Assembly: GCA_002724585.1 (NCBI GenBank)
Contig: PBPE01000040.1
Location: forward strand, 20,857-64,487
DNA from: Dehalococcoidia bacterium
GTDB lineage: Bacteria; Chloroflexota; Dehalococcoidia; Lucifugimonadales; UBA3495
Length of the DNA stretch: 43,631 bases
Direction of reading: 5' to 3'
Shown: positions 26,900 through 35,776 of the stretch, piece after piece
Numbering within the stretch: position 1 is the stretch's first letter
Layout: each line of letters opens with the position of its first letter
The notes under the pieces: generated by a model
The model's input: only the letters and a program-made list of their open reading frames with translations
What the model was told of the DNA's origin: nothing
Database searches by the model: none
Program-made: the position numbers and the translations under genes

Positions 26900-28612
26900 T
26901 CAATACCCTATGCTGTAACCATCGTAGCGAGGGTCTGCTGCTCCTTGTAGAACGCCGGTGGAAGAGTCTACTTGAATGATCATTTCTCTCCCAGTAACTC
27001 CATCCCATTGATCCAAAACCCTTACATTGTGCCCCTTGTCTTTAAGAATTTGGATTGTTTCCTCGGCAAATCTGCCTTCCATAAGCAGTTCGTTTTCACA
27101 GATGTGCGGTATGTTAGATTCAGTAGGGCTATGGTTATTTTTCCATCTGGGAGCTTCGACTGCTTCTGATATCGTCATTCCAAAGTCCACCAGATCACTA
27201 ATTATTTGCATATTGGCTTGGACTTGAGTATCCGCTCCAGGCGTTCCTAGAACATATTTCAATCCACCTCTGGGATCTCGATTTACTGAATCCCCGTTGA
27301 AGACCATAACAGGGTTCATTGTGTGCCTAACTCTTTTGCCAGGTACTAGACAATCGATATGATCTTCATCTAGATGCCAATAGGTCATTCGGTTGTTCAA
27401 TAGTATCCCAGTACCTGGGGCTACTATGCTGGAACCCCACGAACTTTGCAGGCTTTGTAATTGGCATACTGCATTACCATTTTTGTCCGCGATCACGAAA
27501 CATGTAGTATCTTCTTCTTCAACTACTGCTCCGGTCCTGATACCCTCACTTGGTTCTCCGGATTGATATGCCCAGGGGTTTCCCTCCATTACAACATCGT
27601 TTGTGCTTGCCATGTTAATGACCTTTGCACGTTCAGATGCATAATCCTTCGACAAAAGGCCTTCTATAGGCACATCGATATAATCTGGATCTGCAACATA
27701 TGCCTCACGGTCACTGAACGCAAGTTTTTTCGCTTCGACCATAACATGTATTGCATCAGCAGTATCGTATCCGAGATGCGAAATATCAAAATTTTCGATA
27801 ATATTTAATTCTTGTAATAGTATATGACCGCTAGAATTAGGAGGGGCTTCGTAAACAGTGTGACCCCTGTAGGTGGTCGAAATAGGATCTTGCCAGCGAG
27901 CAGAGCAGTCGGCCATATCTTTCATGGTCAGCAGTCCGCCTTCGGATTGGACAAAATCTACTATTGATCTAGCAATATCTCCCGTGTAAAACCCTTCCCG
28001 TCCCTCTTTTGCAAGAAGCTTCAAAGTTTCAGCTAGATCTTTCTGATAAATAATATCTCCCGGTTGGAGAGGTTTTCCATTTTTGGTAAATATGGCCGCT
28101 GATGAAGGGAATTCACAAAGAAGATTATCTTGTCCAATGGTATTTGACAGGTAGTGAGTTACAGGGAAACCATTCTCGGCCAGATCTATAGCGCATTGGA
28201 ATAAATCTATAAGTGGAAGGGACCCGAATTTTTCGTGTGTATCTATCCAACTATGCACCAGGCCTGGCACCGACATAGATAGTACGCCTTTGGTAGGAAT
28301 GCCAATGGGGAGGAATCTATCTCTGGTAGCAGCATATGGTGCTGCTCCGGTCCCATTGGATATGCTTATCTTGTTATCTGCTTTCCAATAGACCATGATG
28401 AATCCGTCTCCACCTATGCCGGACATCATGGGCTCCACTACATTGAGGGCAGCTGCGGTGGCTATGGCAGCGTCAACTGCATTGCCTCCTTTTTGCAGTA
28501 TTGATATACCTGCTTGGGAAGCAAGAGGGTGTCCCGAACAAACCATACCATTCTTACCCATTACAACAGGTCTGTGCGATGTGAATTGGATTCCGTGTGG
28601 GGAAGCGGGCAT
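26900..28612 (-). CDS. ggt: Gamma-glutamyltransferase family protein
   Basis: GGNAVDAAIA, SGIGGDGF, PPNSSG, nucleophile Thr in EDTTCF, LNNRM, GTPGAD, GAADPR. Real start MPASPH at 28612 with AAGGAGA RBS. Confidence 0.92.
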   Translation of the reverse strand: MPASPHGIQFTSHRPVVMGKNGMVCSGHPLASQAGISILQKGGNAVDAAIATAAALNVVEPMMSGIGGDGFIMVYWKADNKISISNGTGAAPYAATRDRFLPIGIPTKGVLSMSVPGLVHSWIDTHEKFGSLPLIDLFQCAIDLAENGFPVTHYLSNTIGQDNLLCEFPSSAAIFTKNGKPLQPGDIIYQKDLAETLKLLAKEGREGFYTGDIARSIVDFVQSEGGLLTMKDMADCSARWQDPISTTYRGHTVYEAPPNSSGHILLQELNIIENFDISHLGYDTADAIHVMVEAKKLAFSDREAYVADPDYIDVPIEGLLSKDYASERAKVINMASTNDVVMEGNPWAYQSGEPSEGIRTGAVVEEEDTTCFVIADKNGNAVCQLQSLQSSWGSSIVAPGTGILLNNRMTYWHLDEDHIDCLVPGKRVRHTMNPVMVFNGDSVNRDPRGGLKYVLGTPGADTQVQANMQIISDLVDFGMTISEAVEAPRWKNNHSPTESNIPHICENELLMEGRFAEETIQILKDKGHNVRVLDQWDGVTGREMIIQVDSSTGVLQGAADPRYDGYSIGY

Positions 28613-28681
28613 AAATGGTCTCCTTAAAATTATTAAGTCGATTATGATATTGAGTGGTTGTATCGTCAATAATGGGGATAA

Positions 28682-28712
28682 AATTAAAGGGCCCCTGGTG
28701 GGCCCTTTAATT
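28682..28712 (-). terminator. Intrinsic terminator after the HesB/IscA-like gene
   Basis: AATTAAAGGGCCC-CTGGT-GGGCCCTTTAATT, a perfect 13-bp stem with T-rich tails. Confidence 0.85.
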
Positions 28713-28728
28713 GTCTGTAATTGTTGTT

Positions 28729-29106
28729 TTAGTGACCGCCGCAGCCGCCACCACCACAGCCGCAACCTCCACCGCCACAGCCGCAACCTCCGCCGCCGCA
28801 ACCGCAACCTCCGCCGCTAGCGTACATGGGGTTGTTGATTACGAAACCAACTTGACCGCCAAAATTTTCCACGTAATCTATAGTAGCTTCTTCTAGGAAA
28901 GGAGCACTATCAGAATCCATTAAGAAACTGACGCCATCCATACTCAGTACTGTATCATCTGCCTGGCTTTCGGTTTCCATGGTTAACATGTACTGTAATC
29001 CACCATCTTGAGACGGCATAGCGACTACTCTTAAGGAGCTTCCAGCTTCTCCTTCTCCCTCGATTACTTCCTTGAGTTTCTCGATTGCTAGTGTTGTTAC
29101 TTCCAT
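28729..29106 (-). CDS. HesB/IscA/ErpA-like A-type Fe-S carrier with Gly/Cys-repeat tail
   Basis: MEVT..AIEKLK, LRV, D..SAPFLEEATIDY, GFVINNP; tail GGGCGCGGGGCGCGGGGCGCGGGGCGGH. Confidence 0.85.
   Translation of the reverse strand: MEVTTLAIEKLKEVIEGEGEAGSSLRVVAMPSQDGGLQYMLTMETESQADDTVLSMDGVSFLMDSDSAPFLEEATIDYVENFGGQVGFVINNPMYASGGGCGCGGGGCGCGGGGCGCGGGGCGGH
28736..28817 (-). repeat. 21-nt imperfect coding tandem repeat (GGGGCGC peptide unit)
   Basis: About 3.5 copies of a CCACAGCCGCAACCTCCACCG-like unit with synonymous third-position variation. Confidence 0.85.
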
Positions 29107-29228
29107 CTTAATTCTCCCCCTATCTAGGATGCTTAGGAAGGTCTTAGTAAATATATATGCCTAAATTGAAGGCTACCATAGCACCGGGTTACAGTCAATT
29201 AGTATTCGTGCTGCGTAAAGTGTATTTG

Positions 29229-30476
29229 TTATATTGAAGCTAGCTTGGCGAGAGCTAAATTGGCTGCAACTTTTCCAGACACTATAGCTCCATTAATAGA
29301 GCCATTTTCTCGATAATCTCCACATACTAAGACTCCGTTTTCAAGATATACAGTCTGATCTTTTATTCTTGAAAATTTTGGTGATTGGTCTGGCAGTACG
29401 TGAGGTATTACGTAAGAGTTCAGATGCTCCCAATCGTCAACTTCATTGCCGAACCAATCTCGTGCTTGTGTTACCACATCTGACATCATGTCCAAATCAT
29501 TGTCATATTTGTTACCTAGGACTGTTATTGATATTAACGATTTGCCGTTTGGCGCGTATGACATTGATACATTACTAGGGACGCATAAACTATTTATGGG
29601 TCCGTAGCCTGTTCCGTTTAGCGCTAGATAATCTTTGATGCCTGGCGACTTGTCGGCACAAAAGTAAATGCACGTTGAGCCTTTATATGAGGGATACGGT
29701 ACTTCTATAAGGGTTTCTGCGGAAGGACCGTCAGTAGCGACGATCACAGTATCGGCGTTAATATGGTCACCGGAAGATGTCTCGATCGCAGTTCCTGTTA
29801 CGCGTTTTACATGGGTGTTCAATAGAGTTGACTTATGAGGTAGTGATTGTCCCATTTGCGAGGGAATAGCCTGAATTCCTTGCTCTGGAAGAGTCGTCTC
29901 ACCCGCTGACATCATTGAGAATATGAACTCAAACATGATACTTGATGTGACCAATTCGCTATCCCCGAATACCCCGCCTAATAGTGGCCTAAAGAAGGTT
30001 TGGATGATCTGTTCGGAAAAGCCTAGGTTTTTCAGATATTGGCGACTCTGGATATCCTCGCCATTGAAAATGTCATTTAGAGATTTGCTTTTGAGTGCTC
30101 TCCGGAGTAATCCAACTTTCAACTTGTCCTGTAATGATCCTATCGGAGCGCGAAGAGTATTCAGTAAATTTATAGGCTTACGCCAAGGGTCAGCCACTTT
30201 ATGGAACTTATTGTTTATGCGCACGAGACTTCCGGGATAGAACTCATGCAAGTTGAGGGATTCGTAATCTAGTTCCTGCTTAGTGTCAGGATAGGCTGTA
30301 AATAAGACTTGAAACCCTCTATCAAGTAAATATCCATTGATGTAGTCTGTTCGTAGCCTACCCCCTACGGAATCAGATTGGTCTACTAACAAAAATGGTG
30401 TATTTGAGCGATGTAATGCTCGTGCACAGGAAAGCCCTGCCAATCCTGCCCCGACTATTATCACATCATATTTCAT
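29229..30476 (-). CDS. FAD-dependent oxidoreductase (amine oxidase / protoporphyrinogen oxidase / phytoene desaturase-like)
   Basis: IIVGAGLAGL, VGGRLRTD, LDRGFQVLFTAYP, CGDY...SINGAIVSG. Confidence 0.85.
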   Translation of the reverse strand: MKYDVIIVGAGLAGLSCARALHRSNTPFLLVDQSDSVGGRLRTDYINGYLLDRGFQVLFTAYPDTKQELDYESLNLHEFYPGSLVRINNKFHKVADPWRKPINLLNTLRAPIGSLQDKLKVGLLRRALKSKSLNDIFNGEDIQSRQYLKNLGFSEQIIQTFFRPLLGGVFGDSELVTSSIMFEFIFSMMSAGETTLPEQGIQAIPSQMGQSLPHKSTLLNTHVKRVTGTAIETSSGDHINADTVIVATDGPSAETLIEVPYPSYKGSTCIYFCADKSPGIKDYLALNGTGYGPINSLCVPSNVSMSYAPNGKSLISITVLGNKYDNDLDMMSDVVTQARDWFGNEVDDWEHLNSYVIPHVLPDQSPKFSRIKDQTVYLENGVLVCGDYRENGSINGAIVSGKVAANLALAKLASI

Positions 30477-31863
30477 AGTCTTTGGACTTTCCTAGATAGT
30501 GATTTAGTGCTTCCTCAATATGTGAAAATATGTGCGTGTATCCGCTTTGCGATAACTTGGTGGAATCTACCCTGGTGCTCGCCAAGATAGTCTCCTTGCC
30601 CATTTGCCCAAACATAATTTTTATTATGAAAGCTGGTATTGTGGCTACGGTAGGCCTGTTTAGGGTTGCTCCTAGCTGTCTGGTAAATTCTTCGTTGGTT
30701 ACCGTGTTAGGAGAAGCAATGTTTATAGGGCCTTCTACCGTCGAATTCAACATCACGTGATGGATTGCGCAGATAGCGTCATCCAGGCTAATCCAACTCA
30801 TATATTGTTTGCCATGTCCAATTTTGCCACCAAAGCCTAGTTTGAAAGGCATCAGCAGTTTTTTTAGTGCGCCTCCCATCGGGTTTATTACTACCCCAAA
30901 GCGTAAATTTACAACACGCATTCCTTGGTCAGTAGCGGATCGTGTAGATTGTTCCCAATTTTCAACTACTTGAGCAAGGAATCCGGCTCCATTTGGAGAT
31001 TGTTCATTTACTAAATCGTTTCCAGCATCTCCGTAATATCCAGTAGCCGACGCGCACAATAGAGCTTTTGGAGGGCATTTCAAATGTGATAGTGATTCAG
31101 TAAGAAACTTAGTGCCATTGATTCTACTATCGGAGATTCTTCCTTTTTTCTTTTTAGTCCACCTACTTTCCCCTACATTCTCTCCCGCCAAGTGGATAAC
31201 GTAGTCAAAGCCCTCAAGGGATTCAATATCGATGATATGGTTTAAAGGGTCCCAAAAAATGGTCCCTTCATCCTCTAAGTCGGAGGTGCGGACCAACCTA
31301 ACTACCTGATGGCCGCCAGTAGATAGATACGAGCTTAAAGCTTGGCCGATTAAACCTGTAGATCCGGATATTAGTATCTTAGTTATTCCATCTGATTGAT
31401 ATCTGCTATGGGATAGTAAGTCTGAACGGAGAACGTTGTGTCTGTAGGTGAACATCTTTTGTAGCAAGTTCTTCACGATGGGCCCACCTAATATATTTCC
31501 TACTATCCCACCACGCATAGAAAACTCTATTTCATCTTCTAATATGCATGTTTCTTCATCTTGTGGTTCCATTTTATGGATATGTTTCCAATAGGCGAAG
31601 GGGCCTTTGATGAGAATGTCTGCGAATTGGCGATCCTGAATGAAATCGATATGTTTCAAAAACCACTTAGAGGATAATGGCCCAAGTTTAGTCTTGATTG
31701 TGATAGTTCCATTATCTTCAATGCTTCCTAACTTCTCTATAGTTTCGGCCGGTTGCCAAGGCGGGGTTAGTCTCTCAAAGGCTCCTTCTCTACAATGCCA
31801 ATTAAAAACCGTGGTTGCTGAGTGGTTTAATTGTGATCGCTTAACGTAGGTTATAGTCTTCAT
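30466..31863 (-). CDS. TIGR01777 (YfcH/SDR39U1) NAD-dependent epimerase with N-terminal SRPBCC domain
   Basis: VFNWH.REGAFERLTPPW and GPFAYWKHIH (SRPBCC), then ISGSTGLIG, HLAGE, SATGYYG, LRFGVV, QYMSWISLDD. ATGA overlap with the upstream gene at 31860-31863. Confidence 0.9.
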   Translation of the reverse strand: MKTITYVKRSQLNHSATTVFNWHCREGAFERLTPPWQPAETIEKLGSIEDNGTITIKTKLGPLSSKWFLKHIDFIQDRQFADILIKGPFAYWKHIHKMEPQDEETCILEDEIEFSMRGGIVGNILGGPIVKNLLQKMFTYRHNVLRSDLLSHSRYQSDGITKILISGSTGLIGQALSSYLSTGGHQVVRLVRTSDLEDEGTIFWDPLNHIIDIESLEGFDYVIHLAGENVGESRWTKKKKGRISDSRINGTKFLTESLSHLKCPPKALLCASATGYYGDAGNDLVNEQSPNGAGFLAQVVENWEQSTRSATDQGMRVVNLRFGVVINPMGGALKKLLMPFKLGFGGKIGHGKQYMSWISLDDAICAIHHVMLNSTVEGPINIASPNTVTNEEFTRQLGATLNRPTVATIPAFIIKIMFGQMGKETILASTRVDSTKLSQSGYTHIFSHIEEALNHYLGKSKDYEI

Positions 31864-32606
31864 GTAGTGGTCCTTTTCAGTACGGACCCAAGCCCTCCAT
31901 CTACTCCGATTACTTGCCCTGTGACCCATGTATTCTGCCTGTCTAATAGCCAGGTGATTGCTGATACTACCTCAGATGGTTGTCCTATTCTGGAAATAGG
32001 GTGTATAGACTCAGATGAGCGCAATGCGCTTTCATTTCCCGTGATTTGAGAAGTCATGGGCGTATCTATAAGTCCAGGAGCTACACAGTTGACACGTATT
32101 CCTCTGGTTGAGTATGTTGCAGCAGCAGATAATGTCAGCCCTATGACGCCTGCTTTAGTCGCGCTGATCGCGTCGTGGTAGGCCATTCCTATTTTACCGC
32201 AAGCGGCTGCTATTAATACAATTGAACCACCTCTTTTCATCATAACTCTGGATGCGCCTTTCACAGTACCCATAGCACTGGTAAGGTTAGTATCCACGAT
32301 GTCCTGCCACTGCTCAGATGATATTGTGTGGGATGGTTTTAGGAGAGATGATCCTATACAGTTTACAGTCCCATACAGAGAACCTAATACCTCTTCGGCC
32401 TCTGTATACGCTTTACTAATAGATTCAATATCCATGGATCCGATTATGATAATTTTAGAGTCAAGTTCGGCTCCAAGTTCTCTTAGGGTTGTAGAATCTC
32501 GTCCAGCTAACACAAGGTGTTCCTCTTGATCTCTTAAAGTCCTAGCCAGAGTAGATCCGATACCTCCGCTAGCACCCAAAATTAATGTGCCGCTCGTGTT
32601 TTTCAT
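31860..32606 (-). CDS. Atypical SDR oxidoreductase (HxxIxxxK in place of YxxxK)
   Basis: LGASGGIG, NLTS, HDAISATK, IRVNCVAPG, TGQVIGVDGG. Confidence 0.85.
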   Translation of the reverse strand: MKNTSGTLILGASGGIGSTLARTLRDQEEHLVLAGRDSTTLRELGAELDSKIIIIGSMDIESISKAYTEAEEVLGSLYGTVNCIGSSLLKPSHTISSEQWQDIVDTNLTSAMGTVKGASRVMMKRGGSIVLIAAACGKIGMAYHDAISATKAGVIGLTLSAAATYSTRGIRVNCVAPGLIDTPMTSQITGNESALRSSESIHPISRIGQPSEVVSAITWLLDRQNTWVTGQVIGVDGGLGSVLKRTTT

Positions 32607-34072
32607 AAGTCCTCTTTATGCAGTTGGATGTACCGGCCGATATTGTTTATCATGCCAGAGAAAACTAAGTTATGAATCGGGTACAGTGCGTACCAATACA
32701 ACAATCCTCCTACTCCTACGGGATCAAAGATTGCGGTTTGGGTTAGTATGGTCTCATTTTCCTTCTGACTTACTTGGAATTCTAACCATGCGCGTCCCGG
32801 GACTTTCATCTCGGCAATCAGCAGAAGTCGTTGGAATGGTTCGTACGCCTCTACCCGCCACCAATCTATAGTGTCCCCCACAGTAATGGTTTCAGGGTGT
32901 TTACGACCTCTACGAATACCAACGCCTCCAAATAATAGGTCTAGGAATCCACGTATCTGCCACAACCAATTTCCGTAGTACCATCCTTGTCGACCGCCAA
33001 TACGTTGTATTGGTATAAATGCCTCTTGCTGTCCTACAGAGACACTTATCCTTCGCATATCGAGTAGTCTTGGCCCAAACCTTACTCCTCCCCAATGTTT
33101 GATCGGACCTGAAGAAGATTGAGCGTCAGACCATCGCGTTTCGGCAAAGTCTCGATCTTCATCTTCTAGTGCTTTACTAATGGCATCAGTAACACCACTT
33201 GGTATAAGGTTGAAATAATGTTGTGCTGTGGTGCTATTTACTACACTGGGATATCTCATGCTATCGATTAGTTTGCGCCCTATGCGAGCATAAACGGGAG
33301 TGACGAGTCCCAGCCACAGACTGGACAGTCTAGGAGTCAGGACAGGTACTGCTAACATGAGGCGTTTTAGTCCTCTCTGTCGGGCGTACTCTTTCATGAT
33401 TTGCCCGTAGGACATTATTTCAGCACCTCCAATTTCTACGATTATATCTTCGTATTTCGGCAATTCGATGCTTTCTATTAGATATTTGAGTACGTCGTCT
33501 ATTGATATTGGTTGCGATGGGGTTGAGACCCATCTGGGAGTTATCATTACTGGCAAACGTTCTACTAGGCTGCGGACTAACTCGAAAGATAAGCTGCCTG
33601 ATCCAACAATGACGGATGCTCTGAATTCAATAACGGGGACCTCTGATTCTCTTAATATCGACCCTACTTCCTGCCTGCTCAGTAGGTGCGGCGATAACTT
33701 CTTAGTTGATTCGCCAAGGCCACCAAGATAGATTATTCGTCTGATCCCGGCAGATTTAGCAGCATAGGCGAAATTCCTAGCACATTCTGTTTCTAGATCC
33801 ATAAAGGATTTAGCTGACCCCATCGAGTGGACTAGATAAAATGCTGTATCAATTCCATTCATAGCATGTTCAATCGATTGGGAACTTAGCATATCTCCCG
33901 ATATAATTTCGGTGTTTTGCGATACTTTTGATGCAAGGGAATCTGAATTTCTTGCAAAACACCGAACGCTATACCCCATTTTTTCCAACATTGGGACTAA
34001 TCTGCCGCCAATGTAGCCCGTTGCTCCTGTTACTAATATCCGGTGATTTCTGGTTAGGCTGGTATTAGACAT
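32603..34072 (-). CDS. NAD(P)-binding SDR + DUF2867 protein (YbjT-like)
   Basis: ILVTGATGYIGGRL, YLVHSM, SPHLLSR, GSGSLSFE; C-terminal IGG..GWYY, DWWRVE, AEMKVPGRAWLEF. Confidence 0.9.
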   Translation of the reverse strand: MSNTSLTRNHRILVTGATGYIGGRLVPMLEKMGYSVRCFARNSDSLASKVSQNTEIISGDMLSSQSIEHAMNGIDTAFYLVHSMGSAKSFMDLETECARNFAYAAKSAGIRRIIYLGGLGESTKKLSPHLLSRQEVGSILRESEVPVIEFRASVIVGSGSLSFELVRSLVERLPVMITPRWVSTPSQPISIDDVLKYLIESIELPKYEDIIVEIGGAEIMSYGQIMKEYARQRGLKRLMLAVPVLTPRLSSLWLGLVTPVYARIGRKLIDSMRYPSVVNSTTAQHYFNLIPSGVTDAISKALEDEDRDFAETRWSDAQSSSGPIKHWGGVRFGPRLLDMRRISVSVGQQEAFIPIQRIGGRQGWYYGNWLWQIRGFLDLLFGGVGIRRGRKHPETITVGDTIDWWRVEAYEPFQRLLLIAEMKVPGRAWLEFQVSQKENETILTQTAIFDPVGVGGLLYWYALYPIHNLVFSGMINNIGRYIQLHKEDL

Positions 34073-34268
34073 TATGAGATTTAAGACAACTCCTTACTTG
34101 AGTAAAAATGCAGTACTTGTTCCTCTTTCATTATTGGAAGAAATGACAATAAATGAATTCGTTAAGCCAGTTAATCTGGACTATAGTGTATACGTTTATT
34201 TTCTCTGATTAGGATGTTCAGTGCATCGATTATGGCAAGAGCTAAGAATTTGAATAAGTGGTGAGATA

Positions 34269-35744
34269 TCAATTGTGTTTTCTCCCCAGATCGTAAAGTA
34301 GTTTAGCTTGCTTATATGCAGCTAAACTACGAATGCGGGATGTTTTGTAATCAACAATAGGCCTTGGATAATCTACACCTAAACTGATCTGCGCTCTTTG
34401 TAATATATCTGGTGGTGCTAACCATGGATGGTGAATCCAGGGCTCAGATAATTGAGATAATTCAGGTATCCATTGATGGATAAATGATCCATCAGGGTCG
34501 GTTTTTTGAGATTGTGTCAGCGGATTAAAGATCCTAAAGTAGGGTGATGAGTCGGTCCCGCACCCGGCTATCCATTTCCATCCTAAATTATTACTTGCCT
34601 CGTTGGCATCTACCAATAAGTAAGAGAACCACTCTGCCCCTTTCTGCCATGGTATAAGTAAATTCTTAATTAAGAAAGATGCCACGACCATGCGAAGCCT
34701 ATTATTCATCCAGCCAGTGCTTTTAAGCTGTCTCATTGCTGCGTCGATTATGGGGTAACCCGTCTCCCCTGATTGCCAAGCAGTTAAGTGGTTTTTATTA
34801 TCGTCCCAAATGAAATGATCGAGAACTGTATTGCTTGGTTCGCTATTAGATGCGGGAAAATGCGTAATGATGTAGTTAGCGAACTCTCTCCAGCCTAGTT
34901 CTGTAATGAATTTGTCTTCATGTAAAGTTGCTGAAGCTGTTGCCTTCAGCCTTTGTTGGTCTAGTTCTTGGAGTATCTGAGCCGGTCCTATTTCTCCGAA
35001 GCTTAAATGGGGCGATAGCATCGACGTTCCAGTAATATCTGAACGCTCTCTATTTTCGGAGTAATATTCGTATGAAGTTAGGAGAAATTCTTTAAGTTTT
35101 CTATTGGAGGATGCCTCTCCGGGGGTCCACATTGGTTTTATACATGATACTTCCCTAAAACTTGAACCTTCGTTCATTTCTGTGGGTTGGACTGTATTAG
35201 GCCACAGCATAGGACTCGAAAATTGTTCGGACCTCAGTGGCAGAGGCAGTGGGTTTGGTTCTTGTAGCGTTAAACAATGTTTCCAAAATGCGCCGAACTT
35301 TTTATAAGGATGATTGTTAGCTTTATATATAGTCCTTGGATCAAATAAATAATTAGAGTTGAATGCTTTCAATACGATATTCTGTGGTCTTAGAGCTTCT
35401 TCGACCAAACTCTGTGTTTGTATTTCAGAGGGTTCGTATCTTTCGTTAAAATAGACATGATCAGCGTGTGTTTCCGAGGCCAGGCCGCGAAGCTCTTTAT
35501 GGGCATATCCTTTCCTGATAATTAGACGAGAACCCATGTGGCTTAATGAATCTGACAAATGTCGCAAGGAAACTCTAAGCCACCGTTCAGAATGAGGGCC
35601 GTTGAAAGTACAATCACTTGACTTGTCGTTCCATATAAATACTGGGATAACAGGTTTTTGAGAGGATAGAGCTGCGCTTAGAGCTAGATTCCCTTCCAAG
35701 CGCAGATCGTTCCTAAACCATACTATTACTGGTTGCGGTTGCAT
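34269..35744 (-). CDS. phrB: Deoxyribodipyrimidine photolyase (class I/III CPD-type)
   Basis: WFRNDLRL, TSMLSPHLSFGEI, GWREF, TGYPIIDAAMRQL, NRLRMVVASFL, NNLGWKW, PYFRIFNP; Trp-triad and Asn378 equivalents retained. Confidence 0.93.
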   Translation of the reverse strand: MQPQPVIVWFRNDLRLEGNLALSAALSSQKPVIPVFIWNDKSSDCTFNGPHSERWLRVSLRHLSDSLSHMGSRLIIRKGYAHKELRGLASETHADHVYFNERYEPSEIQTQSLVEEALRPQNIVLKAFNSNYLFDPRTIYKANNHPYKKFGAFWKHCLTLQEPNPLPLPLRSEQFSSPMLWPNTVQPTEMNEGSSFREVSCIKPMWTPGEASSNRKLKEFLLTSYEYYSENRERSDITGTSMLSPHLSFGEIGPAQILQELDQQRLKATASATLHEDKFITELGWREFANYIITHFPASNSEPSNTVLDHFIWDDNKNHLTAWQSGETGYPIIDAAMRQLKSTGWMNNRLRMVVASFLIKNLLIPWQKGAEWFSYLLVDANEASNNLGWKWIAGCGTDSSPYFRIFNPLTQSQKTDPDGSFIHQWIPELSQLSEPWIHHPWLAPPDILQRAQISLGVDYPRPIVDYKTSRIRSLAAYKQAKLLYDLGRKHN

Positions 35745-35776
35745 TTAATCTATCTCCCACACTGAATTACAATATT

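Noticed and set aside
28613-28807. Arg/Trp-rich N-terminal extension of GGT (MRLRRRRLRLWRW...) in the ORF track
   Set aside because: It is an alternative frame of the Gly/Cys repeat of the HesB-like gene and crosses a terminator; GGT has its own RBS and ATG at 28612.
28711-28896. Ala/Thr-rich plus-strand ORF
   Set aside because: Antisense shadow of the same repeat; no RBS.
29229-30476. Calling the FAD oxidoreductase crtI or hemY
   Set aside because: Only generic flavin-binding motifs are visible and no carotenoid or heme genes are adjacent.
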